A stretch of DNA of 64,000 bases from a virus: positions 10,050 to 74,049 of IMG/VR virus record IMGVR_UViG_3300010354_000067; one strand, 5' to 3'. Under the pieces are notes generated by a model that worked only from the letters and a program-made list of their open reading frames with translations, had not been told where the DNA came from and did not search any database. Shown here in pieces: positions 31,011-40,328 of the stretch. A program made the translations under genes and the position numbers. How positions within the stretch are numbered: the first letter of the stretch is position 1; each line of letters begins with the position of its first letter.

Positions 31011-31309
31011 TGAGCGAGCGCGGCGAGGCCAAGAGAATCGGTGCAACTCAGCATAAAAACTCTGGAAGAGGAATGAAGAAGGGGGATGCAACATGGAAAA
31101 ACTATGTTGTTGACTTCAAGGAATATTCAAAGAGTTTTAGTCTTAACCAAGATGTGTGGGCAAAGGCAGTCACCGATTGCATGAAGGTAGATAAGAGTAA
31201 ATCTCCAGCAATTATTGTTGTTCTTGGAGAAGGAAATCACAAGGTTCGCCTTGCCGTGATAGAATTAGATGAACTAGAAAGGCTAACAGAAAATGACAAC
31301 AACTCTTGA
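31010..31309 (+). CDS. PD-(D/E)xK resolvase-like nuclease
   Basis: NSGRG..KGDA...VDFKE. Confidence 0.6.
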   Translation: MSERGEAKRIGATQHKNSGRGMKKGDATWKNYVVDFKEYSKSFSLNQDVWAKAVTDCMKVDKSKSPAIIVVLGEGNHKVRLAVIELDELERLTENDNNS

Positions 31310-31616
31310 GTTGGTAAATGAGGTAGCAGAGTTTACTGATATCTCAGAAATAATGGAAGATGAAGAACTTACTAGCGCACTTGGACTTATTGTTAAGTTA
31401 ATGATGAATCCAGATGTACCACCACAGAAGGCGGTAAATCTTATAGTGCAACTTGAAGCATATGCAGCAAAGTTTGCAATGCTTGCATCGTATTATACAA
31501 ATGTAAAGAAGGACAACAGGGCAAAGAAAAACCTTTATTTCTCTGCCAAGGAAGCCACACAGCGTTTGTGTGACAGCATGAAGTATGCAGCCAAGGCAGG
31601 AGGATATTATGGCTAA
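31293..31616 (+). CDS. Hypothetical helical protein
   Basis: In operon. Confidence 0.55.
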   Translation: MTTTLELVNEVAEFTDISEIMEDEELTSALGLIVKLMMNPDVPPQKAVNLIVQLEAYAAKFAMLASYYTNVKKDNRAKKNLYFSAKEATQRLCDSMKYAAKAGGYYG

Positions 31617-32376
31617 GAACTTTTTGAAGCAGGTTATGAATAAGCAGCCAGAGGGACCAATAGATACTAAGGCGCTTATTGAAAAAATAGAAGCAGGATA
31701 TCTCGTTGGAAGAGATCCAAAGTTTACACAGAAGAAATCTTTTAGCCCATCAACACTTGTATATGGAAATGGTGCATGTCCACGATACTGGTTCCTAGCA
31801 TTTACTGGAGCAGAGTTTGAAGATAATGCAGATGCCTACGCTGTAGCAAATATGGCAAGCGGTACAGATGGTCATGCTCGTATTCAAAAGGCTATAACAG
31901 ACGCAGGAATTATGGTGGAGGAAGAGAAGAAGATTATCTCATCTGATCCTCCTATCTTTGGCTTTGCAGATGCAATTGTGCAATGGGAAGAAGAGCAGCC
32001 AGTTGTAGAGATTAAGACTATGAAGGAAGAGTCGTTTGCATATCGTAAGCACGCTAAGCCACCTTCATACCATCTTATGCAGTTAATCATCTATATGAAG
32101 GTTCTTGGCAAGAAGTTGGGCATTCTTCTTTATGAGAATAAGAATACTCATGAACTTCACGCAATTACTGTTGAACCAACAGATGAGTATAAGGCTTGGG
32201 CAGACTACGCATTTGACTGGATGAAGACTGTGAGAAAGTCTTGGGAGGATGGAATTCTTCCTCACAAGCCATATAGGTCTAATTCCAAGGTATGTAAGTC
32301 GTGTCCAATACAAAAGGCATGTGCAAACGCAGATAAGGGAAGCGCTAAGTTAACTCCCTTGGAGTACCTTGAATGA
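31609..32376 (+). CDS. Cas4-like/PD-(D/E)xK exonuclease
   Basis: CPRYW, GFADA, EIKT, QL..Y, CKSCPIQKAC. Confidence 0.85.
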   Translation: MAKNFLKQVMNKQPEGPIDTKALIEKIEAGYLVGRDPKFTQKKSFSPSTLVYGNGACPRYWFLAFTGAEFEDNADAYAVANMASGTDGHARIQKAITDAGIMVEEEKKIISSDPPIFGFADAIVQWEEEQPVVEIKTMKEESFAYRKHAKPPSYHLMQLIIYMKVLGKKLGILLYENKNTHELHAITVEPTDEYKAWADYAFDWMKTVRKSWEDGILPHKPYRSNSKVCKSCPIQKACANADKGSAKLTPLEYLE

Positions 32377-32666
32377 AAACTTGCGAATGGTGCTCTCAGG
32401 AGTTCCAACCAAGAGTAAGTTATCAAATTTACTGTTCTCCTGAATGCAGAGATTCTGCAACTAAAGAAAAAATAGCAGAGCGCCATCAAATAAATAGAAT
32501 TAAAAATCGTTCTAACAAAGAACGAAGATGTGCTGGTGGATGTGGAATTCTAATATCTGTTTATAACAATAATGGATTTTGTAACTCCTGCATGGTAAAT
32601 AAAAGAAAAGTAGATAAGATGTTAAGAGAACTAAAAGGTCTTTTTGATTATGAACAAGAAAATTAA
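32373..32666 (+). CDS. Zn-finger protein
   Basis: CEWC..YCSPEC, CAGGC..CNSC. Confidence 0.6.
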   Translation: MKTCEWCSQEFQPRVSYQIYCSPECRDSATKEKIAERHQINRIKNRSNKERRCAGGCGILISVYNNNGFCNSCMVNKRKVDKMLRELKGLFDYEQEN

Positions 32667-33231
32667 AACAGTAGGAAACAGTCTGCCACAATCATTTTGT
32701 GCAGTTGATGCAAGTACAAACAGCCTAGCCTTTGCGTTTTTTGTGGATGGGTCATTAGAAAAATATGGAAAAATAAGATTCTTTGGAAATGATATATACG
32801 AGAAACTTGGCGACACTTCACACAAAACAATGTCCTTTTTCAAAACACTGTCTACTGATAATATGATTATTGAAAAAACTATCTTTGCTAATAGCGCACA
32901 GGTAGCAGCAAACCTTGCACTTAGCCAAGGTGCTCTTATTGGCGGGGCAAAAATAGGTGGCGTTCGTAATGTCTATGGAGTAGCACCAATGTCGTGGCAA
33001 TCATATGTAGGAACAAGATTGCTTACAACTGATGAGAAAAAGACTATACGAGATAGGAATCCAGGAAGATCTAATTCATGGTATAAGTCTCAGGAACGTG
33101 AACAGAGAAAGCAAAAAACCATTACTACTGTCAATGAAAAGTTTAATATAAAGTTATCAGATAATGATATTGCTGATGCGTGTGGTATTGGTATGTACGC
33201 TCTTGACAACTGGGAAAGGCTTATGGCATAA
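32644..33231 (+). CDS. ruvC: RuvC-like Holliday junction resolvase
   Basis: AVDAST, IIE, DIADACGI. Confidence 0.8.
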   Translation: MIMNKKIKTVGNSLPQSFCAVDASTNSLAFAFFVDGSLEKYGKIRFFGNDIYEKLGDTSHKTMSFFKTLSTDNMIIEKTIFANSAQVAANLALSQGALIGGAKIGGVRNVYGVAPMSWQSYVGTRLLTTDEKKTIRDRNPGRSNSWYKSQEREQRKQKTITTVNEKFNIKLSDNDIADACGIGMYALDNWERLMA

Positions 33232-33380
33232 TGAGAAACAGCGGGTTGCATTTGAGCGAGGCATTCTTAAAAAAAAGATATGTTCAGGAAAGAAAGTCTC
33301 CAGAAGATATTGCCAAAGAGTGTGGAGTCAGTGTACAATTGATCTATAGGCAACTAAAAAAGTTTGGATTAAAAAAATGA
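33231..33380 (+). CDS. Small HTH protein (not in ORF track)
   Basis: KSPEDIAKECGVSVQLIYRQLKKFGL, 49 aa. Confidence 0.65.
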   Translation: MRNSGLHLSEAFLKKRYVQERKSPEDIAKECGVSVQLIYRQLKKFGLKK

Positions 33381-33592
33381 ATGATATGGTAAATCATCCA
33401 AAGCATTATACAAGTGATCCAAGTGGCGTTGAATGTATTCAAATTGTTCGACATAGAAATTACAATATCGGAAACGCTATCAAGTACCTCTGGCGTGCTG
33501 GCCTTAAAAATGAAGACAAGCATATTGAAGATCTTAAGAAGGCAATCTTTTATATTCAAGATGAAATCAAAAGAATTGAGGGAGGGTACTAA
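33377..33592 (+). CDS. DUF3310 family protein
   Basis: DMVNHPKHY...GNAIKYLWRAG.K..EDLKKA. Confidence 0.85.
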   Translation: MNDMVNHPKHYTSDPSGVECIQIVRHRNYNIGNAIKYLWRAGLKNEDKHIEDLKKAIFYIQDEIKRIEGGY

Positions 33593-33885
33593 TGCCTCGT
33601 CGCAAAGCAATTGTTAGTCCAAATGCTCACCTTTATCATCGTGTTCCTTATTTCACTATGCCTGATGGTAGGATTATTGAAAAAGATGAGATTATCAAGA
33701 TACAGGGTGAGCATGGTGGAAAGTTCAAGTTCCTTGAGCATGTAACACGAACTGATTCTGGAATTGATTGGATTGATTGTTTTGAGATCCGTGGTGGTGT
33801 TCTCTGTGGTTGGAGATCTTTTAGAGTGGAGAGAATCAAGCCTCTGCCAAAAACTAGAAGGAAGCGTAGGAAGAAGGTAGTGTAG
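33592..33885 (+). CDS. Hypothetical protein
   Basis: In operon. Confidence 0.55.
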   Translation: MPRRKAIVSPNAHLYHRVPYFTMPDGRIIEKDEIIKIQGEHGGKFKFLEHVTRTDSGIDWIDCFEIRGGVLCGWRSFRVERIKPLPKTRRKRRKKVV

Positions 33886-33887
33886 CG

Positions 33888-34226
33888 TTGGCTCAGGACA
33901 ACCTAAAAAGGTATGTTCAACCTTTACTATTCTCAGTAGAGAAGAATAGAAAGGAAAAGCCAGAACGACGCTCTGCCAAAGACAAGAAAAAAGTCCAAGA
34001 GATGCTTGGACAGATAAAAGAAAAAAATGGCTGCAATGATTGTGGTGGAAAATATCCATCATATATTCTTGACTTTGACCACGTTTATGGCAAGAAGGTT
34101 GCAAATATCGGACAAATGCTAAATTATTTTTCTATTGATGATATCTTAAAGGAAGTAGCAAAATGTGAGATTGTTTGTTCCAACTGCCATAGAGAAAGAA
34201 CACATCAAAGAAAAAATAATAAATGA
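33888..34226 (+). CDS. HNH endonuclease-like protein
   Basis: CNDC...DFDH...CSNCHRERT. Confidence 0.75.
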   Translation: MAQDNLKRYVQPLLFSVEKNRKEKPERRSAKDKKKVQEMLGQIKEKNGCNDCGGKYPSYILDFDHVYGKKVANIGQMLNYFSIDDILKEVAKCEIVCSNCHRERTHQRKNNK

Positions 34227-34316
34227 TTATGTGATTTATGGCACATAAAAAAACATCGATTTTTATCCATAACTATGATATTCTGGATAAGTGTTGCCGC
34301 CGCAAGGAGGAAACAG

Positions 34317-34853
34317 ATGATAACGAAACTGCTAGGAGGTGTGTTAATAGTGACGGTATTGATGAGTGGATCGTCTAACGCCATTGCTAACACTTCCACC
34401 GAACAGGTGTATGCTAAGTCTGCACCGATTGCGACGGAGGCTTTTATGAATAAGCCTGTCGTAAAAAATATACAGGCTTCATCAAAGCCAAAGGCCTGTA
34501 AAAACTGGCTCGTTAAGGAACTTAAGGAGGCAGGGTTTAAGGGCAAAGGACTGCGAATCGCATGGGCAATTGCTATGCGTGAGAGTGGAGGAAGGGCTAA
34601 CGCGATTTCCTCTACTGGAGACTATGGAGTCTTTCAGTTCAATCGCGCTGCACATAGCGGTCAGCCTTGGTGGAATACCAAGAAGATGCTTGACCGTAAT
34701 TACAACATCATGATTGCCTATCGCATTACGCAAGGAGGCAGGACGTTCTACCCTTGGGACATTGATGGACGAGGAAATCACAAGGGAGCGTATACATCAT
34801 CTGGTGTATACAACAAGTATAAGTCGTGGTATAACAAGTATCCATGCAAGTAG
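34317..34853 (+). CDS. Secreted SLT-like lytic transglycosylase
   Basis: Signal peptide; IAMRESGG catalytic Glu; GVFQFN; AGGAGG RBS. Confidence 0.75.
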   Translation: MITKLLGGVLIVTVLMSGSSNAIANTSTEQVYAKSAPIATEAFMNKPVVKNIQASSKPKACKNWLVKELKEAGFKGKGLRIAWAIAMRESGGRANAISSTGDYGVFQFNRAAHSGQPWWNTKKMLDRNYNIMIAYRITQGGRTFYPWDIDGRGNHKGAYTSSGVYNKYKSWYNKYPCK

Positions 34854-34854
34854 T

Positions 34855-34913
34855 GTAGTGGCAGGGTAGGAAACCTATTTCAACAGGTGGCAACATTCCT
34901 ACCCTGCTACTGC
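34855..34913 (+). other. 18-bp stem-loop (terminator or small RNA)
   Basis: GTAGTGGCAGGGTAGGAA/TTCCTACCCTGCTACTGC. Confidence 0.55.
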
Positions 34914-34940
34914 TATAATTGTTACCTCTAAAGGAGAATT

Positions 34941-35468
34941 ATGGACAGCAAAGATATCGTATTGCATATCGAAGAGGTAAACAAGGTAGCAGCAGAATAT
35001 ATCAAGGGCAAGGATGCCTCTGCTATCTCTAAAGAACTTGACATTCCTCGTAATCGTGTTCTTAATCTTTTGAATGAATGGCGCGAGATGATTGCCAACA
35101 ATGAGGCAGTCAGAATCAGAGCGCGAGAAGCCCTCGCTGGCGCTGACCAGCACTATAATCATCTTATTCGTCAAGCATATGAAGTAATTGAAGATGCGAA
35201 CACCATGTCTAATCTCACTGCCAAGACCACTGCAATTAAACTGATCATGGATATTGAGGGTAAGCGAATTGACATGCTTCAAAAGGCTGGCCTTCTAGAG
35301 AATAAGGAACTCGCAGATCAACTCTTGGAAGCAGAAAGAAAGCAGGAAATTCTTATAAAGATTCTTAAAGAGGTGTCTGGAGAATGTCCAAGGTGCAGAA
35401 ATGAAGTGGCAAGAAGACTTGCTCAGGCATCTGGACAAGAGGAAGTGATTACGGTTGAGCATACTTAA
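34941..35468 (+). CDS. Terminase small subunit (putative)
   Basis: N-terminal HTH plus coiled coil; overlaps TerL start. Confidence 0.6.
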   Translation: MDSKDIVLHIEEVNKVAAEYIKGKDASAISKELDIPRNRVLNLLNEWREMIANNEAVRIRAREALAGADQHYNHLIRQAYEVIEDANTMSNLTAKTTAIKLIMDIEGKRIDMLQKAGLLENKELADQLLEAERKQEILIKILKEVSGECPRCRNEVARRLAQASGQEEVITVEHT

Positions 35469-37242
35469 TTTTGATGACTTTATTGGTGCATTAGACGATG
35501 ATCCTTTTGAAGAATATCCAGTAGACATTAGAACGTTTGTTCATGATGAACACTATCTAGGTCAGCCAGAACTATCAGACATTCAGTATGATGTAGTTGA
35601 GGCTGGTAGCCAGATATATCGTCTTGATGATCTTAAAAGATTTATGAGTGATACAGATGCAAAAAGACATTATGAAAAATATACAAAGAACGAAGTAATT
35701 CTCCAGTGTGGAAAGGGTAGTGGAAAAGATTACGTTTCTACTGTTACTGTTGCCTACATTGTATATAAACTTCTTTGTCTCAAAGATCCAGCAAAATATT
35801 ATGGAAAGCCATCTGGTGACGCAATCGATATTATCAATATTGCTATTAACGCTCAGCAGGCAAAGAATGTTTTCTTCAAGGGCTTTAAGTTGAAGATTGA
35901 AAGAAGCCCTTGGTTTGCAGGAAAGTATGATCCAAAGGTAGACAATATTGAATTTGATAAGTCAGTAACAGTCTATTCAGGACACTCAGAAAGAGAAAGC
36001 CATGAGGGTCTAAACCTAATCGCTGCCGTCCTTGACGAGATCTCTGGCTTTGCTCAGGAATCTGCAAGTGGTAATGAGAATGCCAAGACAGGTGACGCTA
36101 TCTACAAAGCCTTTCGTGCATCAGTAGACTCTCGCTTCCCTGATTTTGGAAAGGTTCTGCTTCTATCATTCCCAAGATACCAAGGTGACTTTATTTCAAA
36201 GAGATATGAAGACGTTGTTCTTGAAAAAGAAACAGTGCTAAGGCAGCATAACTTTTTTATTAATCCAGAACTTGGGGACATTGATGGGAATCAATATTCT
36301 ATTGAGTGGGAAGAGGATCATATTGTTTCCTATAGGGTTCCGAAGGTATATGCAATTAAAAGACCAACATGGGACGTAAATCCAACAAGAAGTATCACTG
36401 ACTTTGAGCAACTATTCGTTGCTGATTATGCAGATGCGATTATGCGTTTTGCTTGTATGCCAACATTCTCTAGCGATGCATTCTTTAAGCAAAGAGATAA
36501 ACTAGAGCGTGCAATGAGTTTAAGAAATCCGCTAGATAATTTTAGAAGACTTGACTCATCGTTTGTTCCACAAGAGGACAAGATATATTTTGTCCATGCA
36601 GACCTTGCACAGAAGCATGACAAGTGTGCTGTGTCAATAGCACATGTAGAAAAGTGGGTAGAAATAAAATCCTTTAATGACTATCAGCAGATTGTTCCGT
36701 TTGTAGTTGTTGATGCAGTCGCTTGGTGGGAGCCACGCAAGGAGGGTCCAGTTGATCTTTCTGAGGTAAAGAATTGGATTATTCATCTTAGAAGGAATGG
36801 GTTTAACCTTGGCCTTGTAACCTTTGACCGTTGGCAATCTTTTGATATTCAGCAAGAACTTAAGGCGGTAGGTATCAAAACAGATACCTTGTCTGTAGCA
36901 AAGAAGCACTATGAAGATCTTGCTATGCTTATTTATGAAGAAAGAGTTGCTATGCCACACATTGATCTACTCTTGGAAGAAATGAGCGAACTAAAAATTG
37001 TTTCTGATAAGAAGGTCGATCACCCAAGAAAAAAGTCAAAGGACTTGGCAGACGCGGTATGTGGAGCAGTGTATGATGCAATTAGCCATACTCCACGAAA
37101 TACCAATCAAGAAATTAGTATCCATTCATGGAAATCTCTTAACAAAGAGAATATGAAAAAGGATGAAATAGCAAACCTTATTGAGCCTCCAAAGGCTTCA
37201 GAGGAAATAAAAGATTACCTAACAAACCTAGGAATGTTGTGA
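35455..37242 (+). CDS. Terminase large subunit
   Basis: GKGSGKD, AAVLDE, HADLA, FDRWQS, KDLADA. Confidence 0.9.
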   Translation: MSILNFDDFIGALDDDPFEEYPVDIRTFVHDEHYLGQPELSDIQYDVVEAGSQIYRLDDLKRFMSDTDAKRHYEKYTKNEVILQCGKGSGKDYVSTVTVAYIVYKLLCLKDPAKYYGKPSGDAIDIINIAINAQQAKNVFFKGFKLKIERSPWFAGKYDPKVDNIEFDKSVTVYSGHSERESHEGLNLIAAVLDEISGFAQESASGNENAKTGDAIYKAFRASVDSRFPDFGKVLLLSFPRYQGDFISKRYEDVVLEKETVLRQHNFFINPELGDIDGNQYSIEWEEDHIVSYRVPKVYAIKRPTWDVNPTRSITDFEQLFVADYADAIMRFACMPTFSSDAFFKQRDKLERAMSLRNPLDNFRRLDSSFVPQEDKIYFVHADLAQKHDKCAVSIAHVEKWVEIKSFNDYQQIVPFVVVDAVAWWEPRKEGPVDLSEVKNWIIHLRRNGFNLGLVTFDRWQSFDIQQELKAVGIKTDTLSVAKKHYEDLAMLIYEERVAMPHIDLLLEEMSELKIVSDKKVDHPRKKSKDLADAVCGAVYDAISHTPRNTNQEISIHSWKSLNKENMKKDEIANLIEPPKASEEIKDYLTNLGML

Positions 37243-37249
37243 GGAAACT

Positions 37250-37417
37250 ATGACATGGTTTTTAATTTGCTGCATTGCAGTTTTTATTCTATCTCTAGTA
37301 AGCAATGTATTGTTTTTGCTCAGCCCAATGAATAACCTAAAGGGTGGATCTATCCTTGGAATTATTGTGTTTACAGCATTGACAGTATGGGCTATATCTC
37401 TTATAATTAGTGGGTAG
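37250..37417 (+). CDS. Two-TM membrane protein, possible holin (not in ORF track)
   Basis: MTWFLICCIAVFILSLVSNVLFLL...ILGIIVFTALTVWAISLIISG; near endolysin. Confidence 0.45.
   Translation: MTWFLICCIAVFILSLVSNVLFLLSPMNNLKGGSILGIIVFTALTVWAISLIISG
37379..37407 (+). promoter_or_regulatory. sigma70-type promoter for tRNA-Ile
   Basis: TTGACA-17-TATAAT. Confidence 0.7.
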
Positions 37418-37423
37418 TGATTA

Positions 37424-37502
37424 CGGCAGGTAGGCAAATTGGTTACGCCGCCAGTCTTATAAACTGGGATTACGATTGTGGGTTCAAGCCCCACCCTGCC
37501 GA
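37424..37502 (+). tRNA. tRNA-Ile(UAU)
   Basis: CGGCAGG/CCTGCCG acceptor; CCAGT-CTTATAA-ACTGG; GTGGG-TTCAAGC-CCCAC. Confidence 0.75.
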
Positions 37503-37543
37503 CAAGCATACCTTTTAATTGTAAAGGTGGTATAATTTTTTCT

Positions 37544-37687
37544 ATGGACTTTAAAAAAATTATGTTTGAGCAAGATGAGGAAAAGGCAAAGCAGATTATT
37601 GCTGAAATAACTGAGACTGATCCTACAGATAATAGTGAAGACTATACAGTAGAAGACGAGTCTGAGATTGATTGGACAAACCTATAA
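37544..37687 (+). CDS. Small acidic protein
   Basis: Leaderless after TGGTATAAT; stop overlaps endolysin start. Confidence 0.45.
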   Translation: MDFKKIMFEQDEEKAKQIIAEITETDPTDNSEDYTVEDESEIDWTNL

Positions 37688-38406
37688 TGGCGAAACTATG
37701 TGCTGGTGGCGTAACACTAAGAGATCAAGTAAATAAGAGATGGCCCTCAAGAGATAAGGCCAGCGATGGTTGGATAGGCGATGCTGCTCACGCAGCACGA
37801 GAGGGATGGGGAACCAACGGCAAGGGGTCTTACCACAATCCAGATCCAAATGGAATTGTTCACGCTATTGACTTGGACGAAGACTTTTTTGGTAAGGGTA
37901 AGGGTCAGGCAGAGGCAAAGAAGTTTGCTGAAGAGTTGGCAACCTATTGTCGTCAGGGCAAGGATGGTGGACGCATTGCCCATATTGTCTATGAAGATCA
38001 AGTAGCCTCTGGCACAGCCAACAACTGGCATTTTCGTGGTAGTGGGTACGGGCATACCCACCATATTCATATTAGTTTTACAAATAAGGCTGATCGTGAT
38101 GGAAGCCCATTTAAACTTCCAATTTTTGAAACTGGAGATAAGCCAAAGCCTCCAGCGCCAAAGCCAGAGCAGGCTCCAGCATATCCAGGCAGATCTAAAC
38201 TTCAGTTTAAGCAGAAGAACGCTGATGTAAGAGATTTACAGAAGCAGTTAGTTAAGAAGGGTTTTGAAATCCCCGCTGGTGCAACAGGATATTACGGAGA
38301 TCAAACCGTAAGCGCAGTAAAGAAGTTTTATAAGTCTATTGGAAAGATTAAGGATGGAAAGTCAGTCGATCCTCAAGGATGGAACGCTCTGTGGGGTGCT
38401 AAGTAA
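37687..38406 (+). CDS. Endolysin (M15-like Zn peptidase + PG-binding domain)
   Basis: SYHNPD..HAIDLD..HHIHISF; Pro linker; DLQKQL..GYYGDQT..AVKKF. Confidence 0.75.
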   Translation: MAKLCAGGVTLRDQVNKRWPSRDKASDGWIGDAAHAAREGWGTNGKGSYHNPDPNGIVHAIDLDEDFFGKGKGQAEAKKFAEELATYCRQGKDGGRIAHIVYEDQVASGTANNWHFRGSGYGHTHHIHISFTNKADRDGSPFKLPIFETGDKPKPPAPKPEQAPAYPGRSKLQFKQKNADVRDLQKQLVKKGFEIPAGATGYYGDQTVSAVKKFYKSIGKIKDGKSVDPQGWNALWGAK

Positions 38407-39230
38407 TGCCATATGACATTAAGGAAAATTACATGGATTGCAACGGCTATGCTGTTGTCGGTCCAGATGGGTCAATCAAGGGCTGCCATATAAGCAGGGA
38501 AAAGGCACAGGCACAGCAAGCGGCCTTATATTCAGTAGAGGAAAAGGTTGCAAAGGCTTATTCAATGCTTGATCCATCAGAAAAGGCCTTCCACGATGCC
38601 CTTGCTTCTGTAGCAGCAAAGTATGGAAAGTTTAGCAATGAAACTCCTGTCTATGCAGGGTATGAGCCTGCTGTAGAAAATGAAAACATTCTTAAGGGAA
38701 TCGTTTGCGGGAATTGCTCATTCTGGCAGGGCGATGGCGTTTGTCAAATTGTTGCAGGAGAAATTGAATACAACGGTTATTGCCGTCTTGCAGCAATTCC
38801 ATCAGAACTTGTTAATGCTGATGCCCCAGAGGTTGAAGTAGAGGAGGAAGAAATGGATAAGCAATATAATGGCTGTGGCTGCCCTACATGCAAGGAGATG
38901 AATGTTGCTTGCAAAGACTGCCCAGTTTGTAATTCAGAAATGGGAAAGGCAGACGGAGTTCGTGTAGGACAAATGGTTTCTTGGAATTCTAGCGGCGGCA
39001 GAGCAGAAGGAAGAGTCAAGAGAATTATAAGAGAGGGATCATACAATGTCCCAAACTCTGATTTTACAATTACTGGCACTCCAGATAATCCAGCGGTAGT
39101 CATTGAAGTATATCGTGATGGAAAGCCAAGCGGAAGAATGGTTGGTCATAGAATGGATACTCTTTCTGCAAAGAAGAGCGTATGGCTTGGAATGTTTGAT
39201 CCTAGAGTTGGGCTGATGAAGCGTGGCTGA
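38406..39230 (+). CDS. Multi-domain Cys-rich protein (HiPIP-like and DUF2945-like segments)
   Basis: CGNCSF..CQIV.G.I..GYC; CGCPTC..CKDCPVC; VGQMVSWNSSGG. Confidence 0.5.
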   Translation: MPYDIKENYMDCNGYAVVGPDGSIKGCHISREKAQAQQAALYSVEEKVAKAYSMLDPSEKAFHDALASVAAKYGKFSNETPVYAGYEPAVENENILKGIVCGNCSFWQGDGVCQIVAGEIEYNGYCRLAAIPSELVNADAPEVEVEEEEMDKQYNGCGCPTCKEMNVACKDCPVCNSEMGKADGVRVGQMVSWNSSGGRAEGRVKRIIREGSYNVPNSDFTITGTPDNPAVVIEVYRDGKPSGRMVGHRMDTLSAKKSVWLGMFDPRVGLMKRG

Positions 39231-39600
39231 TACCTATACTCCAACTGCTGGCATGAAGGCTGCTGCTAGGCGTGCCCTCAAATGGAAGGAAGAGGGTAAG
39301 GCAACTGGAGCAGGAACTCCTGTAGGCTGGGGAAGGGCAACAGACATTGTTGCGGGTAGAGCATTGTCCCTTGATACAGTAAAGCGTATGTATTCATTCT
39401 TCTCTCGTCATGAGGTTGATAAGAAGGGTAAAGATTTCTACAACACATCAAATCCATCAAATGGTCGCATCATGTGGGACGCATGGGGTGGAGATGCAGG
39501 ATTCTCTTGGTCAAGAAAGATTGTCCAAAGAGAGGATGCAAAGAAGTTGTGGAAAGGGTCAGCATTTGATGCAGATGTTGACAAAAGACAGCGCTCCTGA
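39223..39600 (+). CDS. Head-morphogenesis-associated small protein
   Basis: GTPVGW.RA...TVKRMYSFFSRH...WDAWGGDAG. Confidence 0.5.
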   Translation: MADTYTPTAGMKAAARRALKWKEEGKATGAGTPVGWGRATDIVAGRALSLDTVKRMYSFFSRHEVDKKGKDFYNTSNPSNGRIMWDAWGGDAGFSWSRKIVQREDAKKLWKGSAFDADVDKRQRS

Positions 39601-39622
39601 TAAAATTTATATAAAGGAGTTG

Positions 39623-39973
39623 ATGGGAATGATACCCTTCATCTTGTTTACATTTTCTCCATCATTTTCATATTTGTGGGGAGTAATGATAAACTTAATA
39701 TATCTTGTAAGAACAGACAAAGTAGATAGAGCATTTGATACGATCATAAAAGACGTAGAAGAGCCAGAGGAAGATGAAGATATGGACGAGTTTATCAGCG
39801 TAGCGGTAATAGAGGATAGGGCGTATTGGGTAGTAGACAATACGTTTTATGTCGCAGAAATAGTAGACGGAGAAATTGATAAAACATCTTCTCGCCCTAT
39901 CAATGCCTTTGAAATGTCTATAAAAGATATAAATAAAATGTTGTTCATATTGGATAATCTAGTAGAAGGATAG
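39623..39973 (+). CDS. Membrane-anchored hypothetical protein
   Basis: Follows TTGACA-17-TAAAAT (39578-39606) and AGGAG. Confidence 0.5.
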   Translation: MGMIPFILFTFSPSFSYLWGVMINLIYLVRTDKVDRAFDTIIKDVEEPEEDEDMDEFISVAVIEDRAYWVVDNTFYVAEIVDGEIDKTSSRPINAFEMSIKDINKMLFILDNLVEG

Positions 39974-39975
39974 TA

Positions 39976-40320
39976 ATGAATATCGTTGTTCAGGGAACTA
40001 AGGAGTTCTCAGACTATAATGTATTTTTGCGTGCCATGGGCGTTGCTCTTTCAGATATTTCAGATAAGGAGTTTAACGTCTACTCCGTTGGTCCCGCGCA
40101 GGTAAATTCTTTTACTGCTGAGTTTTGTAATCGGTCAGAGAATAGCCTAAAGCAGCGAGGGATCAAGACAAAGTTCTATCGTGTTCCATCCTCATACATT
40201 GAGGAGAATCTTGATAGTTTTGACTATTTTGCTTTTCTTTCAGCACCAAGTCAGAAGCCATCACGACTGGTTGCTTCAGCAGAACTTCATGGGATCGAAG
40301 TAGGAATCTTTAGGTACTAA
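39976..40320 (+). CDS. SLOG-like hypothetical protein
   Basis: IVVQGTKEFSDY N-terminus. Confidence 0.35.
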   Translation: MNIVVQGTKEFSDYNVFLRAMGVALSDISDKEFNVYSVGPAQVNSFTAEFCNRSENSLKQRGIKTKFYRVPSSYIEENLDSFDYFAFLSAPSQKPSRLVASAELHGIEVGIFRY

Positions 40321-40328
40321 GGATAATA

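Noticed and set aside
31609-32376. Cas4-like gene as sign of a CRISPR system
   Set aside because: No repeat-spacer array or other cas genes seen; it sits in the recombination operon as a stand-alone exonuclease
26257-37242. Inteins or introns in DnaE, RecA or TerL
   Set aside because: Lengths are normal, ORFs are continuous and no splice motifs were noticed
37456-37462. Ochre suppressor (UUA) reading of the tRNA, or genetic code reassignment
   Set aside because: The 7-nt loop CTTATAA centres on TAT; long genes are intact in the standard code and TAA, TAG and TGA all serve as stops
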